A stretch of 40,696 bases of DNA from Holophagae bacterium (GCA_030618605.1 JAUXDC010000003.1:1-40696), one strand, 5' to 3'. Counted from the stretch's first letter, positions 26,025-36,117 are shown. The notes: generated from the sequence alone by a model not told the origin. Numbers and translations: made by a program.

Positions 26025-28742
26025 ATGACTGAAGACACACTCTCTCCCCTGCGCGAAGATGTCCGTCTGCTGGGTGCAATCCTCGGTGACGTCCTCAAAG
26101 ATCAGGAAGGACAGGCAGTCTATGAACTGGTCGAACGAGTGCGCACACTTTCCAAGGCGGCTCGCAATGGTGACGGGAAGGCCGAGGACGACCTCAATGT
26201 TATCTGTCAGAATCTGCCGACCGAGGATGCCCACCGCGTCGCACGTGCCTTCGCCCACTTTCTGGCCCTGGCCAATATTGCCGAACAACACCATCGCATA
26301 AGACGCCGCCGATGCTACGAGAAAGACGCCGGACGCCCCCCACAAAGGGCCAGTCTGAACGAGACGTTCGCTCGCCTGATCGACACAGGAGTGTCCCCTC
26401 AAGAACTCCACCGCACTGTGACGAGCCTCAACATCGGCCTGGTTCTGACCGCTCACCCCACGCAGGCACAGCGCCGCACCATCATTCGAAAGTACGGACG
26501 GATCGCCGATCTCCTCAACATCCGGGACCAGGGAACCAAGGACAGCAACACCGTTCGGGTCGAACTCGAGCGGGTCATCACCGAAAGCTGGGGAACCGAC
26601 GAGGTTCGTCTTCGCAAGCCGACGCCGGAGGATGAGGTCCGCAACGGACTCGCCTGGTTCGAACAGGTGCTCTGGGATGCCGTTCCCGCCCACCTCCGTG
26701 CCCTCGATCGAGCACTTACGACTCACACCGGCCTGCCTCTTCCTCTGGAGAGCTCGCCCATTCTTTTCGGTTCGTGGATGGGCGGCGACCGCGACGGCAA
26801 CCCCAACGTCACTCCGGAAACAACGCGAAGGGCAATCCTCCTGGCTCGCTGGCAGGCGGCAGCTCTCTACCTTCAGGAGATCAAGACCCTCAGGGAGGAA
26901 CTCTCGATCAACAGGGCTTCCGAGGAGTTGCTTGGCCACGTCGGCCCCGTGTGGGAACCCTACAGAGAAGCCTTGCGACCGTTGAAGGTGCAGCTCGAGG
27001 CCACCCTCGAGCACTGTGAGAGAGCCCTGCCCGACCCATCCATCGAACCAGGTCCTGAAGTCCTTTTCGACCCTTCCAGGATCAAGGCGCCTCTCGAGCT
27101 GTGCCGTCGTTCATTGTTGGCCTGCGGCTACGACGTGATCGCCGAAGGACGCCTGGAGGACCTGCTCCGCCGAGTCGCAGTCTTTGGTCTGACTCTGGTT
27201 GAACTGGACCTCCGACAGGAGGCCGACCGCCACACCGAGGCTCTCGACTTCCTGTGCCGGGTAGCCGGCCTCGGCGCCTATCAGCAGTGGGACGAGGACC
27301 AGCGCCAGGCCTTCCTCATCGAGCGTTTGCAGAAGAAAACGCCACTGGTCGGCATTGAATACTGGAGAGAATCAGACGGCCGGACCCCGGAGTCGGTTGC
27401 CCAGGTCCTCGGAGCCTTTGCCGTGGCGGCGCGTCAGGGACAGGGGGCTCTCGGCGCCTACGTGATCTCCATGGCGTCAAAGCCGTCGGATGTGCTCGCG
27501 GTCGAGTTGCTGCAACGAGAGGCTCGGGAATTCTTTTCCGACGAGGCCTCCGGGCCTCCAATGCGAGTCGTACCTCTTTTTGAAACGTTGGCCGATCTCG
27601 AGGGCATCGAAGGGGCCGTCGAGCGACTGTTGGCCGTACCGTGGGTTGTCAATCGGTTGCGCAAGGTCCACGGGGGGCGACTGGAGATCATGCTGGGCTA
27701 TTCGGACTCGGCCAAAGATGCCGGTCGACTGGCAGCCTCTTGGGCTCTCTACAAAGCTCAAGAAGCCGTCGTTGACGCCGGGCGCCGCGCCGGAATCCGG
27801 GTCACCCTCTTCCACGGTCGGGGCGGAACCGTCGGCCGGGGTGGCGGACCGACTCACGCCGCCATCCTCAGTCAACCGCCTGGCTCGGTCGACCACACAA
27901 TCAGGGTCACCGAACAGGGCGAAATGATCGTCGCCAAATTCGGCCTTCCTGAACTGGCCGGGCGGAACCTCGAACTCTACGTCACCGCCGTGACCGAGAG
28001 CAGCCTGCGAACCGAAGGTCGGTCTACGACCGCGTGGCGTGGCGTGATGGATCGGTTGGCGGAGCACTCGACACAGGCGTATCGTAACGTCGTCCGGGAC
28101 GACCCCCGGTTTGTGCCCTACTTCAGAACCGCGACCCCCGAGACGGAACTGGCCCGGCTCAATATCGGCTCCCGGCCCGCGCGGAGACCCTCGGCCGTGC
28201 CCCTTGCCGAACAGGGGATCGAGACGCTCCGCGCCATCCCGTGGATCTTCGCCTGGACCCAGATTCGTCTGATGCTCCCCGCCTGGCTGGGCCTGGGCCA
28301 GGCATTGAAGGCAATCAATGATGGGGACGACCGCCAGACCCTGGAAACCATGGCACGGGAATGGCCCTTTTTCTCGACCTTCCTCGATCTGATCGAAATG
28401 GTCCTGGCCAAGACCCTTCCCGATATTGCTGCCCATTACGACACCCTGCTGGTGCCGCCGGAATTGAGAGACATGGGGACCGAGCTCCGGGACAGGCTCA
28501 AAACGACCCGCTCTGAGGTCTTGGGCCTCAGACAGCGCAAGGAGCCACTGATCGACAACCCGGTTCTCAGCCGTTCGATCGATGTCCGCAATCCCTACGT
28601 CGACCCGATCAACCGTTTGCAGGCCGAATTCCTTCGCCGCCTTCGGACGGCGCCGGAGGGGAATGGAGAATTCGAGAGACTTCGGGCCGCCTTGCTGACA
28701 ACGATCAATGGGGTTGCTGCGGGCATGCGCAACACCGGCTAG
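26025..28742 (+). CDS. ppc: Phosphoenolpyruvate carboxylase
   Basis: VLTAHPT, SWMGGDRDGNPNVT, MLGYSDSAKDAG, FHGRGGTVGRGGGP, LRAIPWIF and the C-terminal GMRNTG. Confidence 0.97.
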   Translation: MTEDTLSPLREDVRLLGAILGDVLKDQEGQAVYELVERVRTLSKAARNGDGKAEDDLNVICQNLPTEDAHRVARAFAHFLALANIAEQHHRIRRRRCYEKDAGRPPQRASLNETFARLIDTGVSPQELHRTVTSLNIGLVLTAHPTQAQRRTIIRKYGRIADLLNIRDQGTKDSNTVRVELERVITESWGTDEVRLRKPTPEDEVRNGLAWFEQVLWDAVPAHLRALDRALTTHTGLPLPLESSPILFGSWMGGDRDGNPNVTPETTRRAILLARWQAAALYLQEIKTLREELSINRASEELLGHVGPVWEPYREALRPLKVQLEATLEHCERALPDPSIEPGPEVLFDPSRIKAPLELCRRSLLACGYDVIAEGRLEDLLRRVAVFGLTLVELDLRQEADRHTEALDFLCRVAGLGAYQQWDEDQRQAFLIERLQKKTPLVGIEYWRESDGRTPESVAQVLGAFAVAARQGQGALGAYVISMASKPSDVLAVELLQREAREFFSDEASGPPMRVVPLFETLADLEGIEGAVERLLAVPWVVNRLRKVHGGRLEIMLGYSDSAKDAGRLAASWALYKAQEAVVDAGRRAGIRVTLFHGRGGTVGRGGGPTHAAILSQPPGSVDHTIRVTEQGEMIVAKFGLPELAGRNLELYVTAVTESSLRTEGRSTTAWRGVMDRLAEHSTQAYRNVVRDDPRFVPYFRTATPETELARLNIGSRPARRPSAVPLAEQGIETLRAIPWIFAWTQIRLMLPAWLGLGQALKAINDGDDRQTLETMAREWPFFSTFLDLIEMVLAKTLPDIAAHYDTLLVPPELRDMGTELRDRLKTTRSEVLGLRQRKEPLIDNPVLSRSIDVRNPYVDPINRLQAEFLRRLRTAPEGNGEFERLRAALLTTINGVAAGMRNTG

Positions 28743-28804
28743 GAACCTGTAGGGCATAGGCCGCCGAAGCGACTGCAGAGTTGAGTTGATCCTCGGCCTC
28801 TTCC

Positions 28805-30667
28805 CTATTGCGAAGGAATCCCCAACCATGCCTCCACCATCGGCGCCACGTCGACGGCCTGCATCTCCTTGAGCTTACCGCGACCTGCAGGGGTTCCTCT
28901 GGCCAGGAAGATCCCGCACAGGGCGTCGTGGTGGTTGAGATAACCGTGTTGACCGTAATACCGGCTGGGACGGATGATCTTCCCCTCGAGTCTCGATGAT
29001 GCGGCGTATCCCGGTTTGAGAAAGACGACCAGATCACCAGCATTGGGGTGATCCAGACCGAGGGCGGCCAACTCGTCTCGTGCGGCAATTTTTTCAATGA
29101 CCGGCTCACCCTCGACACCAATATCTGCCAGAGCTCGCGCAGCCCGTCTCAAGAGTTGGTTTGCTTCTTCCGCCGGTACGACGCCTCCAGGGTCACGACC
29201 CTCGAGATTAAGGTAGATGTGGCCCATGCCGCCGCTGGTGACGGCTGCCATCGGGCTTGAGTCCGACACCCGCAACCGGCCATGCTTCTCGACGGTCTCC
29301 ACCAGCCCGGCATCGGCCAACGCCCGATTCAAGAGGACCTCATCGTGGATCGGCAGGAGCCCATGATCGGACACGACGACCAGAACATCCTCCCTCGGAT
29401 TGAGTCCGGACCACAGGCCTGCGACCGAACGATCGATCGATCGACCGCACCGTTGCTGAGCCTCGCGAGCGGCAAACGCCGTGCCGTAGGACCACGCCCA
29501 CTGTTTTTGGTTGACGATCAGGCCCACATGGAGGAACTCGTCCGGGCTGGGGTGATAGGCCAGGAGCAAATCAAAATCCTCGTTGTCCATCACCCACCGG
29601 GCAACGTCGTCAAGGTAACGATCCAGGCGTTCCACCTGTTCGACGAAGGTGTCCAGGTCGATGCCATCCCCCATGTCCAACCACCAGGCCTCCAGCCCCT
29701 TCTGGTCAGGAACCCCGGGCCAGGGACCGACCACCGGCGTCAACCGGTCGGAAAAGTCCTGGGGAAATGCCAACAGCCGGTTGAAAGCCCCACGGTAGAG
29801 GCGCAGGCCACCCCGATGGACATCCAGTTGCAGAATCTTCGACCACGCTCCATAGCGCTCTTTTGGCTCATCCGAAGGTCCTCGGGTCTCAAAAGTGGTC
29901 TCAAACCAATCCCATTTCTCAACGTATCTCCAGGACACCTCGCCCTGGGTTCGAACGGCGACGGTTTGATACCGGGGGCGTCCGTCGGGCTCGACATCCA
30001 TCACGGCAACCTCGAGGGTCACGATTTCTTCATTGGAGGCTGTCACCGGTATTCGCCAGCGAAGGGGCTGCAGTCCGTCGACCGGAGGCAGCTCCGGCTC
30101 AGGCGAGGCCTGCGCGGGATCTAACTCGATGATCTCAGTCTGAACCAGTGGCCTGGTCGGCCACGAAATACCGAAGTCTCCGCTGAGTTCAGGGGTCGAA
30201 AAGTCCGCACCCGGCCACAGCAGAATCCCCGTGCGTCGGCCGGCAGCTTGGGCTTTGACCCACAGCGGCCTGATCTCGGAGGTGGTCCTGAAACCGTTCG
30301 TTCGTTGGTTTAAGGCATCGCCTTGCGCCCGATAGCCGTTACTGACGATTCCGGTCTGAGACGGCAAGGCGCCGGTGATCAACGAAGCGTGATTGACTGA
30401 GGTCAGCGTCGGATTGACCATGCGAAGCCGTTCGGCCTTGAGGCCCTCAGTCGCCATACCACCCAGGCCGGCAGGTGTTGCGATCGTCGGGTCAGAGAGC
30501 CAACTCTCCAACAAAGGGGCGCCCAGACCGTCGTACGAAACCATCACCACCCGTGCCGCTCGAGTTCCTTCCGGCGCCCCGGTCCTGCATGCCGGTACGG
30601 CCAGAGAAAGGCTCGCTGCAGCTACGGCAGCAACCAGAAAGCGGATACCGCCAATATTCCTCATCAT
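28805..30667 (-). CDS. Alkaline phosphatase superfamily (nucleotide pyrophosphatase/phosphodiesterase) lipoprotein
   Basis: VSYDG, PTLTSVNH (catalytic Thr), PDEFLH, VVSDHG, GQHGY and the lipobox-like AVPAC. ATGA-coupled to rlpA. Confidence 0.85.
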   Translation of the reverse strand: MMRNIGGIRFLVAAVAAASLSLAVPACRTGAPEGTRAARVVMVSYDGLGAPLLESWLSDPTIATPAGLGGMATEGLKAERLRMVNPTLTSVNHASLITGALPSQTGIVSNGYRAQGDALNQRTNGFRTTSEIRPLWVKAQAAGRRTGILLWPGADFSTPELSGDFGISWPTRPLVQTEIIELDPAQASPEPELPPVDGLQPLRWRIPVTASNEEIVTLEVAVMDVEPDGRPRYQTVAVRTQGEVSWRYVEKWDWFETTFETRGPSDEPKERYGAWSKILQLDVHRGGLRLYRGAFNRLLAFPQDFSDRLTPVVGPWPGVPDQKGLEAWWLDMGDGIDLDTFVEQVERLDRYLDDVARWVMDNEDFDLLLAYHPSPDEFLHVGLIVNQKQWAWSYGTAFAAREAQQRCGRSIDRSVAGLWSGLNPREDVLVVVSDHGLLPIHDEVLLNRALADAGLVETVEKHGRLRVSDSSPMAAVTSGGMGHIYLNLEGRDPGGVVPAEEANQLLRRAARALADIGVEGEPVIEKIAARDELAALGLDHPNAGDLVVFLKPGYAASSRLEGKIIRPSRYYGQHGYLNHHDALCGIFLARGTPAGRGKLKEMQAVDVAPMVEAWLGIPSQ

Positions 30668-31389
30668 CCACACTCCACAATTCGGGCCGAAGCCCACTCG
30701 TCTACCAAACGTCTCAGGGCCTCGGCAGCCTCTTTTCCCGATTGAAAAGGTCCGACCCGAACCCGCTCCAGCCCATCGGGGCCTTCCATTGCCAATGCCT
30801 TTTCACCGCTGTCCTTGAGACGCTCCACAGCCCGCGCTGCGTTACTCGAACTCGAGAAGGCCCCCACTTGAACCCAAAGACATTGATCGCCATCGGATGA
30901 CTGTGAAGGACGGATAGTCGTGCCCGACCTCAGGTTTTGGGACTGACCGAGGACCTTGATTTTCACCGGCGCCACACCGTCGATGTCCAGGCCAATCACC
31001 TTGGCAGCGGCAAAACTCAGATCAATGATTCGTCCCTTGATAAAGGGTCCCCGGTCGGTGATTCGGACCTCGACCTCGGCGCCGGTATCACGCCTTTGCA
31101 CTCTGACCTCCGTACCAAAGGGCAAAGACCTGTGGGCGGCCGTCATCTGATGCATGTCGTAGATCTCTCCGGAGGCCGTTCGGCGGCCGTGATAGGGCTT
31201 ACCATACCAGGACGCATCACCCTTTTCGGTCCACCCTTCCGATCGAGGCTTGGTTGACTCGGTCGGAACAGTCTTCGGACCGCTCGAGGCACAACCAATC
31301 ATGAGCCCTTGAGAAGCCAGGGCGCCAACACAGCAAAAATAAACCGCAAAGACGCGAAGAGTGCGAAGGAAAGACAAAGAAAATCTCAT
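30664..31389 (-). CDS. rlpA: Septal ring lytic transglycosylase RlpA (DPBB plus SPOR domains), lipoprotein
   Basis: GDASWYG...TASGEIYDMHQMTAAHRSLPFGT...DRGPF...RIIDLS, SPOR motifs VQVGAFS and RVRVGPF, and lipobox LMIGC. The start is uncertain. Confidence 0.9.
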   Translation of the reverse strand: MRFSLSFLRTLRVFAVYFCCVGALASQGLMIGCASSGPKTVPTESTKPRSEGWTEKGDASWYGKPYHGRRTASGEIYDMHQMTAAHRSLPFGTEVRVQRRDTGAEVEVRITDRGPFIKGRIIDLSFAAAKVIGLDIDGVAPVKIKVLGQSQNLRSGTTIRPSQSSDGDQCLWVQVGAFSSSSNAARAVERLKDSGEKALAMEGPDGLERVRVGPFQSGKEAAEALRRLVDEWASARIVECG

Positions 31390-31457
31390 TGTAGCGGCGG
31401 GCGTCTCGCCCGCTGCACCCACCGAATCAACGCCTGCCGGGCTCCCAGAAGAAAACA

Positions 31458-31487
31458 AACGCAGAGACGCAGAGACGCAGAGACGCA
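31458..31487 (+). repeat. Tandem ACGCAGAG x3 (REP-like repeat family)
   Basis: AACGCAGAGACGCAGAGACGCAGAGACGCA directly after the purB stop. The same family occurs at 12662, 13035, 38741 and 38917. Confidence 0.75.
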
Positions 31488-32927
31488 TCAAACGTCGAGA
31501 TCCCGGCTTTTCGGAAGGTCCCCGGCCGTTTTCAAAAGGGGTCGAATCTCCGCTTCCAGGAACTCCTCGACCTGCTGCGGCGCCCGACCGACGAAGGCGG
31601 CCGGATCCAGGAGCCCCTGGAGTTCATCACGATCGAGCGGAACCTCGCCATCCTCGGCAATCAGTTCGAGAAATGGATTGGCCTCGCCTCGCTCAAATAC
31701 TGCCGCAGTCGCCGCCCGGGCGTGAACCCTCAGGCGCTCGTGGACCGCCTGCCGGTCTCCACCACGGCGCACGGCCTCCATCAAGATTGCCTCCGAGGCC
31801 ATGAAGGGCAGCTCGGCGAGGAGATTGGCCTCGACCATCGCGGGAAAGACCACCAAGCCGTCGGCCAGATTGTGCAGGATGCGCAGGATTGCATCGATGG
31901 TCAAAAAGGCCTCGGGCAGGGCCATACGGCGGTTGGCCGAATCGTCAAGTGTGCGCTCGAGCCATTGGTTTGACGCCGTGTCGGCCGGGTTTCTAGCGAC
32001 ATTGATCAGCCAACGAGCCAGCGCCCCTACCCTTTCCGAGCGCATCGGGTTGGCCTTGTAGGGCATCGCCGAGGAACCGATCTGCCCCTCGGCAAGGGGT
32101 TCGCGCATTTCCTTCAGACGCGCCAGCAGGCGGATATCCGTCGTCATCTTGGCCGCAGATTGGCCGATGCCGGAGAGGACTTCCAGAACGAACGCGTCGA
32201 TCTTTCGAGGGTATGTCTGGCCGGTCACCGGATAGGTGGAGCCAAACCCCAGCTTGGCCGCCACCTTGAGGTCGAGTTGTTGCACCTTTTCGTGGTCGCC
32301 TTCGAACAGATCGAGAAACGTGGCCTGGGTACCGGTGGTGCCCTTGACGCCCCGTGCCCTCAGGCGGCCGGACTCGAAGCGAAGGCGTTCGAGGTCCAAC
32401 ACCAGATCCTGCAGCCAGAGGCAGGCCCGTTTCCCCACCGTCGTCGGCTGTGCCGGCTGAAAATGCGTGTGGCCCAGGGCCGGTTCGTCGGCCCATCTCC
32501 GAGCGAAGGCCGCAAGGGCGCCGATCACCGCCACCAGGCGCTGCTCAACCAGATCCAGAGCGTCACGAGTGATCATCAACTCCGCGTTATCCCCGACAAA
32601 ACACGAAGTCGCACCAAGGTGAAGGATTGCTCGGGCCGCCGGGGCCCGATCGGCAAAGGCATGGAGGTGAGACATCACGTCATGGCGGGTCTTCTTCTCG
32701 TACTCCTTGACGCGCACAAAGTCCTCTTCAGTGACCTCGAGGTTGGCCCGCATCTGTTCCAGAGCCTCCTCCGGAATCGGCAGCCCCAAATCACGCTCAG
32801 CCTCGGCCAATGCCAGCCAGGTCCGCCGCCACATCGTGTATCGGTTCCGGGGCGAGAAGAGCCGTAACATCTCGGGCGAGGCATAACGCCCGGCCAGCGG
32901 ATGATCGAAGCCGTCAAGATCAGCCAT
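31488..32927 (-). CDS. purB: Adenylosuccinate lyase
   Basis: RHDVMSH, HLGATS, THFQPAQPTTVGKR, GSSAMPYKANPMRSE and ERTLDDSA. RBS GGAGG. Confidence 0.96.
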   Translation of the reverse strand: MADLDGFDHPLAGRYASPEMLRLFSPRNRYTMWRRTWLALAEAERDLGLPIPEEALEQMRANLEVTEEDFVRVKEYEKKTRHDVMSHLHAFADRAPAARAILHLGATSCFVGDNAELMITRDALDLVEQRLVAVIGALAAFARRWADEPALGHTHFQPAQPTTVGKRACLWLQDLVLDLERLRFESGRLRARGVKGTTGTQATFLDLFEGDHEKVQQLDLKVAAKLGFGSTYPVTGQTYPRKIDAFVLEVLSGIGQSAAKMTTDIRLLARLKEMREPLAEGQIGSSAMPYKANPMRSERVGALARWLINVARNPADTASNQWLERTLDDSANRRMALPEAFLTIDAILRILHNLADGLVVFPAMVEANLLAELPFMASEAILMEAVRRGGDRQAVHERLRVHARAATAAVFERGEANPFLELIAEDGEVPLDRDELQGLLDPAAFVGRAPQQVEEFLEAEIRPLLKTAGDLPKSRDLDV

Positions 32928-33437
32928 AAGAATCGGACCTCCTTGGAGAGTATAGCGGTGCGATGAGCGGGATGGGTTGTTGGGAAGGCCCGGCTGTTGG
33001 GGAGGTGGCGTTCAGCCCAGGCTACGGATCGCAAGGGGGGTTTTGCGCTTGGTGGGTGGGGGTTGACGGGGTAACGGCAGAATGTAAGGCGTCGCGGTCC
33101 GGGTTGCTGATGTATGGCGCTGTCTCCTGACGCTGTCGTTGCCACCCGACGCGGACACTGAATCTGTTCGTTGATGGCGTTACTGCGACTCGCGACTATT
33201 CAGACAAGTTCAACAGTGTCCCCGATTTTCTGATTTTCTTGGGCGCTCTCGGGTTTGTATGTCGGCGTTCGCTGTTCGGACGCTGAGACCAACATCCGTG
33301 CCAGGAGGGTCGTTCCCGTCATTGTGGACTTATATGGGACGCTATTCTTCTCTTCGCTACAATGACCACATGACCACGAAGACGACCTCTCTCTTGATTG
33401 CTTTGAGCTTTCTCCGCTCTATTTTCAAAAAGAGATC

Positions 33438-33472
33438 TTGAAAGACGCACGAGTTACAGCTACAATGAAATC
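33438..33472 (+). promoter_or_regulatory. Sigma70 promoter, probably giving a leaderless mRNA for the AAA gene
   Basis: TTGAAA-17 nt-TACAAT-6 nt-ATG, with no Shine-Dalgarno sequence. Confidence 0.68.
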
Positions 33473-34666
33473 ATGATCTCTCGGCACCTGGAACAAGAGC
33501 TTCACGCTTCAATGAAAACGATGCCGGTTGTGACGTTGATCGGCCCGCGTCAATCCGGGAAAACTACCCTTGTACGATCTGTGCTTCCGAAAGCCCGGTA
33601 CGTCAACCTCGAACGGCCAGACCTTCGGCAGCGAATCGCAGCCGATCCTGCCGGTTTCCTGGCGGAGCTCGACGGTCAGGTGATTCTGGATGAGGTGCAA
33701 CGTCTGCCAGAGTTGTTATCGTGGATTCAGGTCGCAGTCGATGAAGATCCTACTCCCGGCCAATTCGTGCTCACCGGATCACACAACCTCCTGCTGATGG
33801 ATTCGGTTGCCCAGACCCTTGCGGGGCGCACACGTCTTTTGACCTTGCTTCCCCTGTCGGTGGCAGAGGTTCTCGGACGCTCGCCACTGGAACCCGAAAA
33901 ATTGGGCCAAGCCGGCATGGCCGAGGCGCCGGTATGCCGGGATCTCTGGCCGTTGGTGTTCAGAGGAATGTACCCGCGCCTTCACGGCCGCGACCTCGAT
34001 CCGACGAGGTGGCTCGCCGACTACCGGCGCACCTACGTAGAACGAGACCTTCGAGAGGTGCTGCGAGTAATGGATCTTGAGGCATTCGACCGCTTTCTTC
34101 GGCTCGTGGCCGCCAGGACTGCCTGCGAGCTCAATCTATCGGCGCTTGCCGGTGATGCGGGTATCAGTCAGCCCACGGCTCGGCAATGGTTGGGCGCCCT
34201 CGAGGTGGGATTCATCACAACCCGGACCCCAATGCACGCGGCCAACTATCGCAAACGCCTGCGACGCCGGCCAAAAATGCACATGCTTGACAGCGGCCTG
34301 ACTTGCCACCTGCTCGGTATCTCTACGCCAGAGATGCTCCGTTCACACCCACTCCGCGGCGCAATCTTTGAGTCATTCATTGTTGCTGAACTGATGAAGG
34401 CGTTCACCAATCGCGGTCTTGAGCCACCAATTTTTACGTGGCGCGATTCTCGTGGTCGAGAGATCGACATCATTCTTGACATGGGTTCCGAACTGTTACC
34501 TATTGAGGTGAAGTCGGGTCGTACGGTTGCATCGGACGCGACGCGGACCCTTCGTTGGTGGCTCCAGTTGCCAGGTAATCACTCTGAAAGTGGGGTGCTG
34601 GTCCATGGGGGCCAGGAATGTTACGGTCAAAATGCTATTCAGATCCGGCCTTGGTGGATCCGTTAA
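33473..34666 (+). CDS. AAA+ ATPase (AAA_14) with a DUF4143/PD-(D/E)xK C-terminus
   Basis: Walker A GPRQSGKTT, Walker B ILDEVQ, LTGS, LAGR, GAIFES and EIDII...PIEVKSG. Confidence 0.9.
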   Translation: MISRHLEQELHASMKTMPVVTLIGPRQSGKTTLVRSVLPKARYVNLERPDLRQRIAADPAGFLAELDGQVILDEVQRLPELLSWIQVAVDEDPTPGQFVLTGSHNLLLMDSVAQTLAGRTRLLTLLPLSVAEVLGRSPLEPEKLGQAGMAEAPVCRDLWPLVFRGMYPRLHGRDLDPTRWLADYRRTYVERDLREVLRVMDLEAFDRFLRLVAARTACELNLSALAGDAGISQPTARQWLGALEVGFITTRTPMHAANYRKRLRRRPKMHMLDSGLTCHLLGISTPEMLRSHPLRGAIFESFIVAELMKAFTNRGLEPPIFTWRDSRGREIDIILDMGSELLPIEVKSGRTVASDATRTLRWWLQLPGNHSESGVLVHGGQECYGQNAIQIRPWWIR

Positions 34667-34692
34667 CCTCCTCCACGACAGTGCGGCCGCCG

Positions 34693-35181
34693 TCACGACT
34701 TGGATTCCGGCATCCGAATTTCAACCTCTCGTCTATCCGACACGAAGAGCACCCGAAGGCGACCCCCCAATGCCTTGACATGGGCTCTGAGCGTGGAGAG
34801 CCGCACATCCCCTCGCCGCTCAAGTTTGGAGAGATCCGACTGGGACATCCGGCGTCGACCGGCCAGTTGCACCTGTGTGAGACCGAGCTCAACCCGTAAC
34901 GCAGCAAGGCCAACCGAGGGTCTTTGTCTCCAGCTTCCTTCGGCCCGAGCCCGGCAACGGTCGATCCAGGAGCGCCAGAGGGGCGAAGTCCCGTACAACG
35001 GATGCGCATCGAGCAGGTGCATGACTCTCTCGGCGAACTCACCGTTGGGATCGTGGGCGATTGCAGCGGCGATCGGGCGCCAGTCATGCAAATCGCCACG
35101 CTCGAGAATGTCGATGACAGCGGCTGACGGCATTCCCTCCGCCGGGACGCCATGCCGAACCGACAGGTGACGATGGATCAT
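34693..35181 (-). CDS. XRE-family HTH protein with an extra N-terminal domain, putative antitoxin
   Basis: C-terminal HigA-like HTH LAALRVELGLTQVQLA...SQSDLSKLERRGDVRLSTLRAHVKALGG and N-terminal ILERGDLHDWR. ATGA-coupled to the upstream gene. Confidence 0.75.
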   Translation of the reverse strand: MIHRHLSVRHGVPAEGMPSAAVIDILERGDLHDWRPIAAAIAHDPNGEFAERVMHLLDAHPLYGTSPLWRSWIDRCRARAEGSWRQRPSVGLAALRVELGLTQVQLAGRRRMSQSDLSKLERRGDVRLSTLRAHVKALGGRLRVLFVSDRREVEIRMPESKS

Positions 35182-35867
35182 GGTGACCCTCCGACGACTA
35201 GATCGAGCACCTTGACCGCGACCCTGCGGCACAGGTCGGCCACAGCATCCCAGTCCTGCCAGCGATTGTCGAGCTTGCGATAGGCCCCGAGATCGATTCC
35301 CGAAAGATCAAACGGACGCGGCTCAGCGAGTTGCTTGGCGACTTGGGTCGCGATGCGGCGGCCTTCAGGCCCAACCTGATCCTCGTAGTAATCATCCATG
35401 GCGCCGACAACTACGGCGGCCTGGACTTCACCCAAACGTTTGGCAAGCGCTGCGAAGTCGATATAGTCACGGGTCGCATTTCGCATCAGGCAGAGCCATG
35501 CCTTGATCCTCGCGATCTCTGCCAAAGTGGGAATCCGCATCATACGTGCCCCAACGGCGATTTCCTCAACTTCGAGGGGCCGTGTACGGATCAGATTCCG
35601 AATTCCTGTTTCGATGCCGTCCAAACTCCCCAAGATGAGAACCGGGCGTTTGACTCTTGAGGTGACCCAACCATCGGTCTCCTCAAGCGCTGAGAGAACT
35701 TCGTCGAACCTGCTACAAAGATCCACCAATACATGGTCGTCATCAAACGACACCCGATGACCTGCGTGGAAGGCCGCCGCAGAGCCACCCACGAGCACGG
35801 CATCAGGCACCAATTCCTGAAGGTGCGCAGCGGCTTCAAAAACGACGTTGAGATCGGGGTCGTGCAT
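35178..35867 (-). CDS. AbiEii/MenT-like nucleotidyltransferase, putative toxin
   Basis: LVGGSAA...HRVSFDDD matches the GG-x-A...R-x-S-x-D-x-D motif, and IKAWL...RNATRDYID matches the C-terminal K...R...(K/R)D-x-x-D motif. Confidence 0.72.
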   Translation of the reverse strand: MHDPDLNVVFEAAAHLQELVPDAVLVGGSAAAFHAGHRVSFDDDHVLVDLCSRFDEVLSALEETDGWVTSRVKRPVLILGSLDGIETGIRNLIRTRPLEVEEIAVGARMMRIPTLAEIARIKAWLCLMRNATRDYIDFAALAKRLGEVQAAVVVGAMDDYYEDQVGPEGRRIATQVAKQLAEPRPFDLSGIDLGAYRKLDNRWQDWDAVADLCRRVAVKVLDLVVGGSP

Positions 35868-36117
35868 CTAATAGTGAGTATAGTCACTTAATTGGAAAAG
35901 TAAACCGTTGACATTCCCTTCTCTGTAGGGCACACGGCGGACGGCTCGCTGCTCACGGACGCCGTCGCGGTACCGGCCCCGGATCTCGGAATGAAGAATC
36001 CCAAGCGCCCAAACCGCCTCAAATCCCGTACGTCTCGTCGTGAGGGCCTCGCTCACCCTTCTTCCGACAAAAACGACAGTGATGATGAAGTTCTTCTTGA
36101 CCGGACAGGAACAAGAG

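Noticed and set aside
23615-28829. Long antisense ORFs (23615..24841, 25935..27014, 27477..28829 and similar ones elsewhere)
   Set aside because: They are shadows of well-supported genes in GC-rich DNA with biased codon usage.
35181-35189. TGGTGACCC match to the tRNA-Glu 3' end as a possible att site
   Set aside because: It is only 9 bp, lies within coding sequence and has no integrase nearby, so it is expected by chance.
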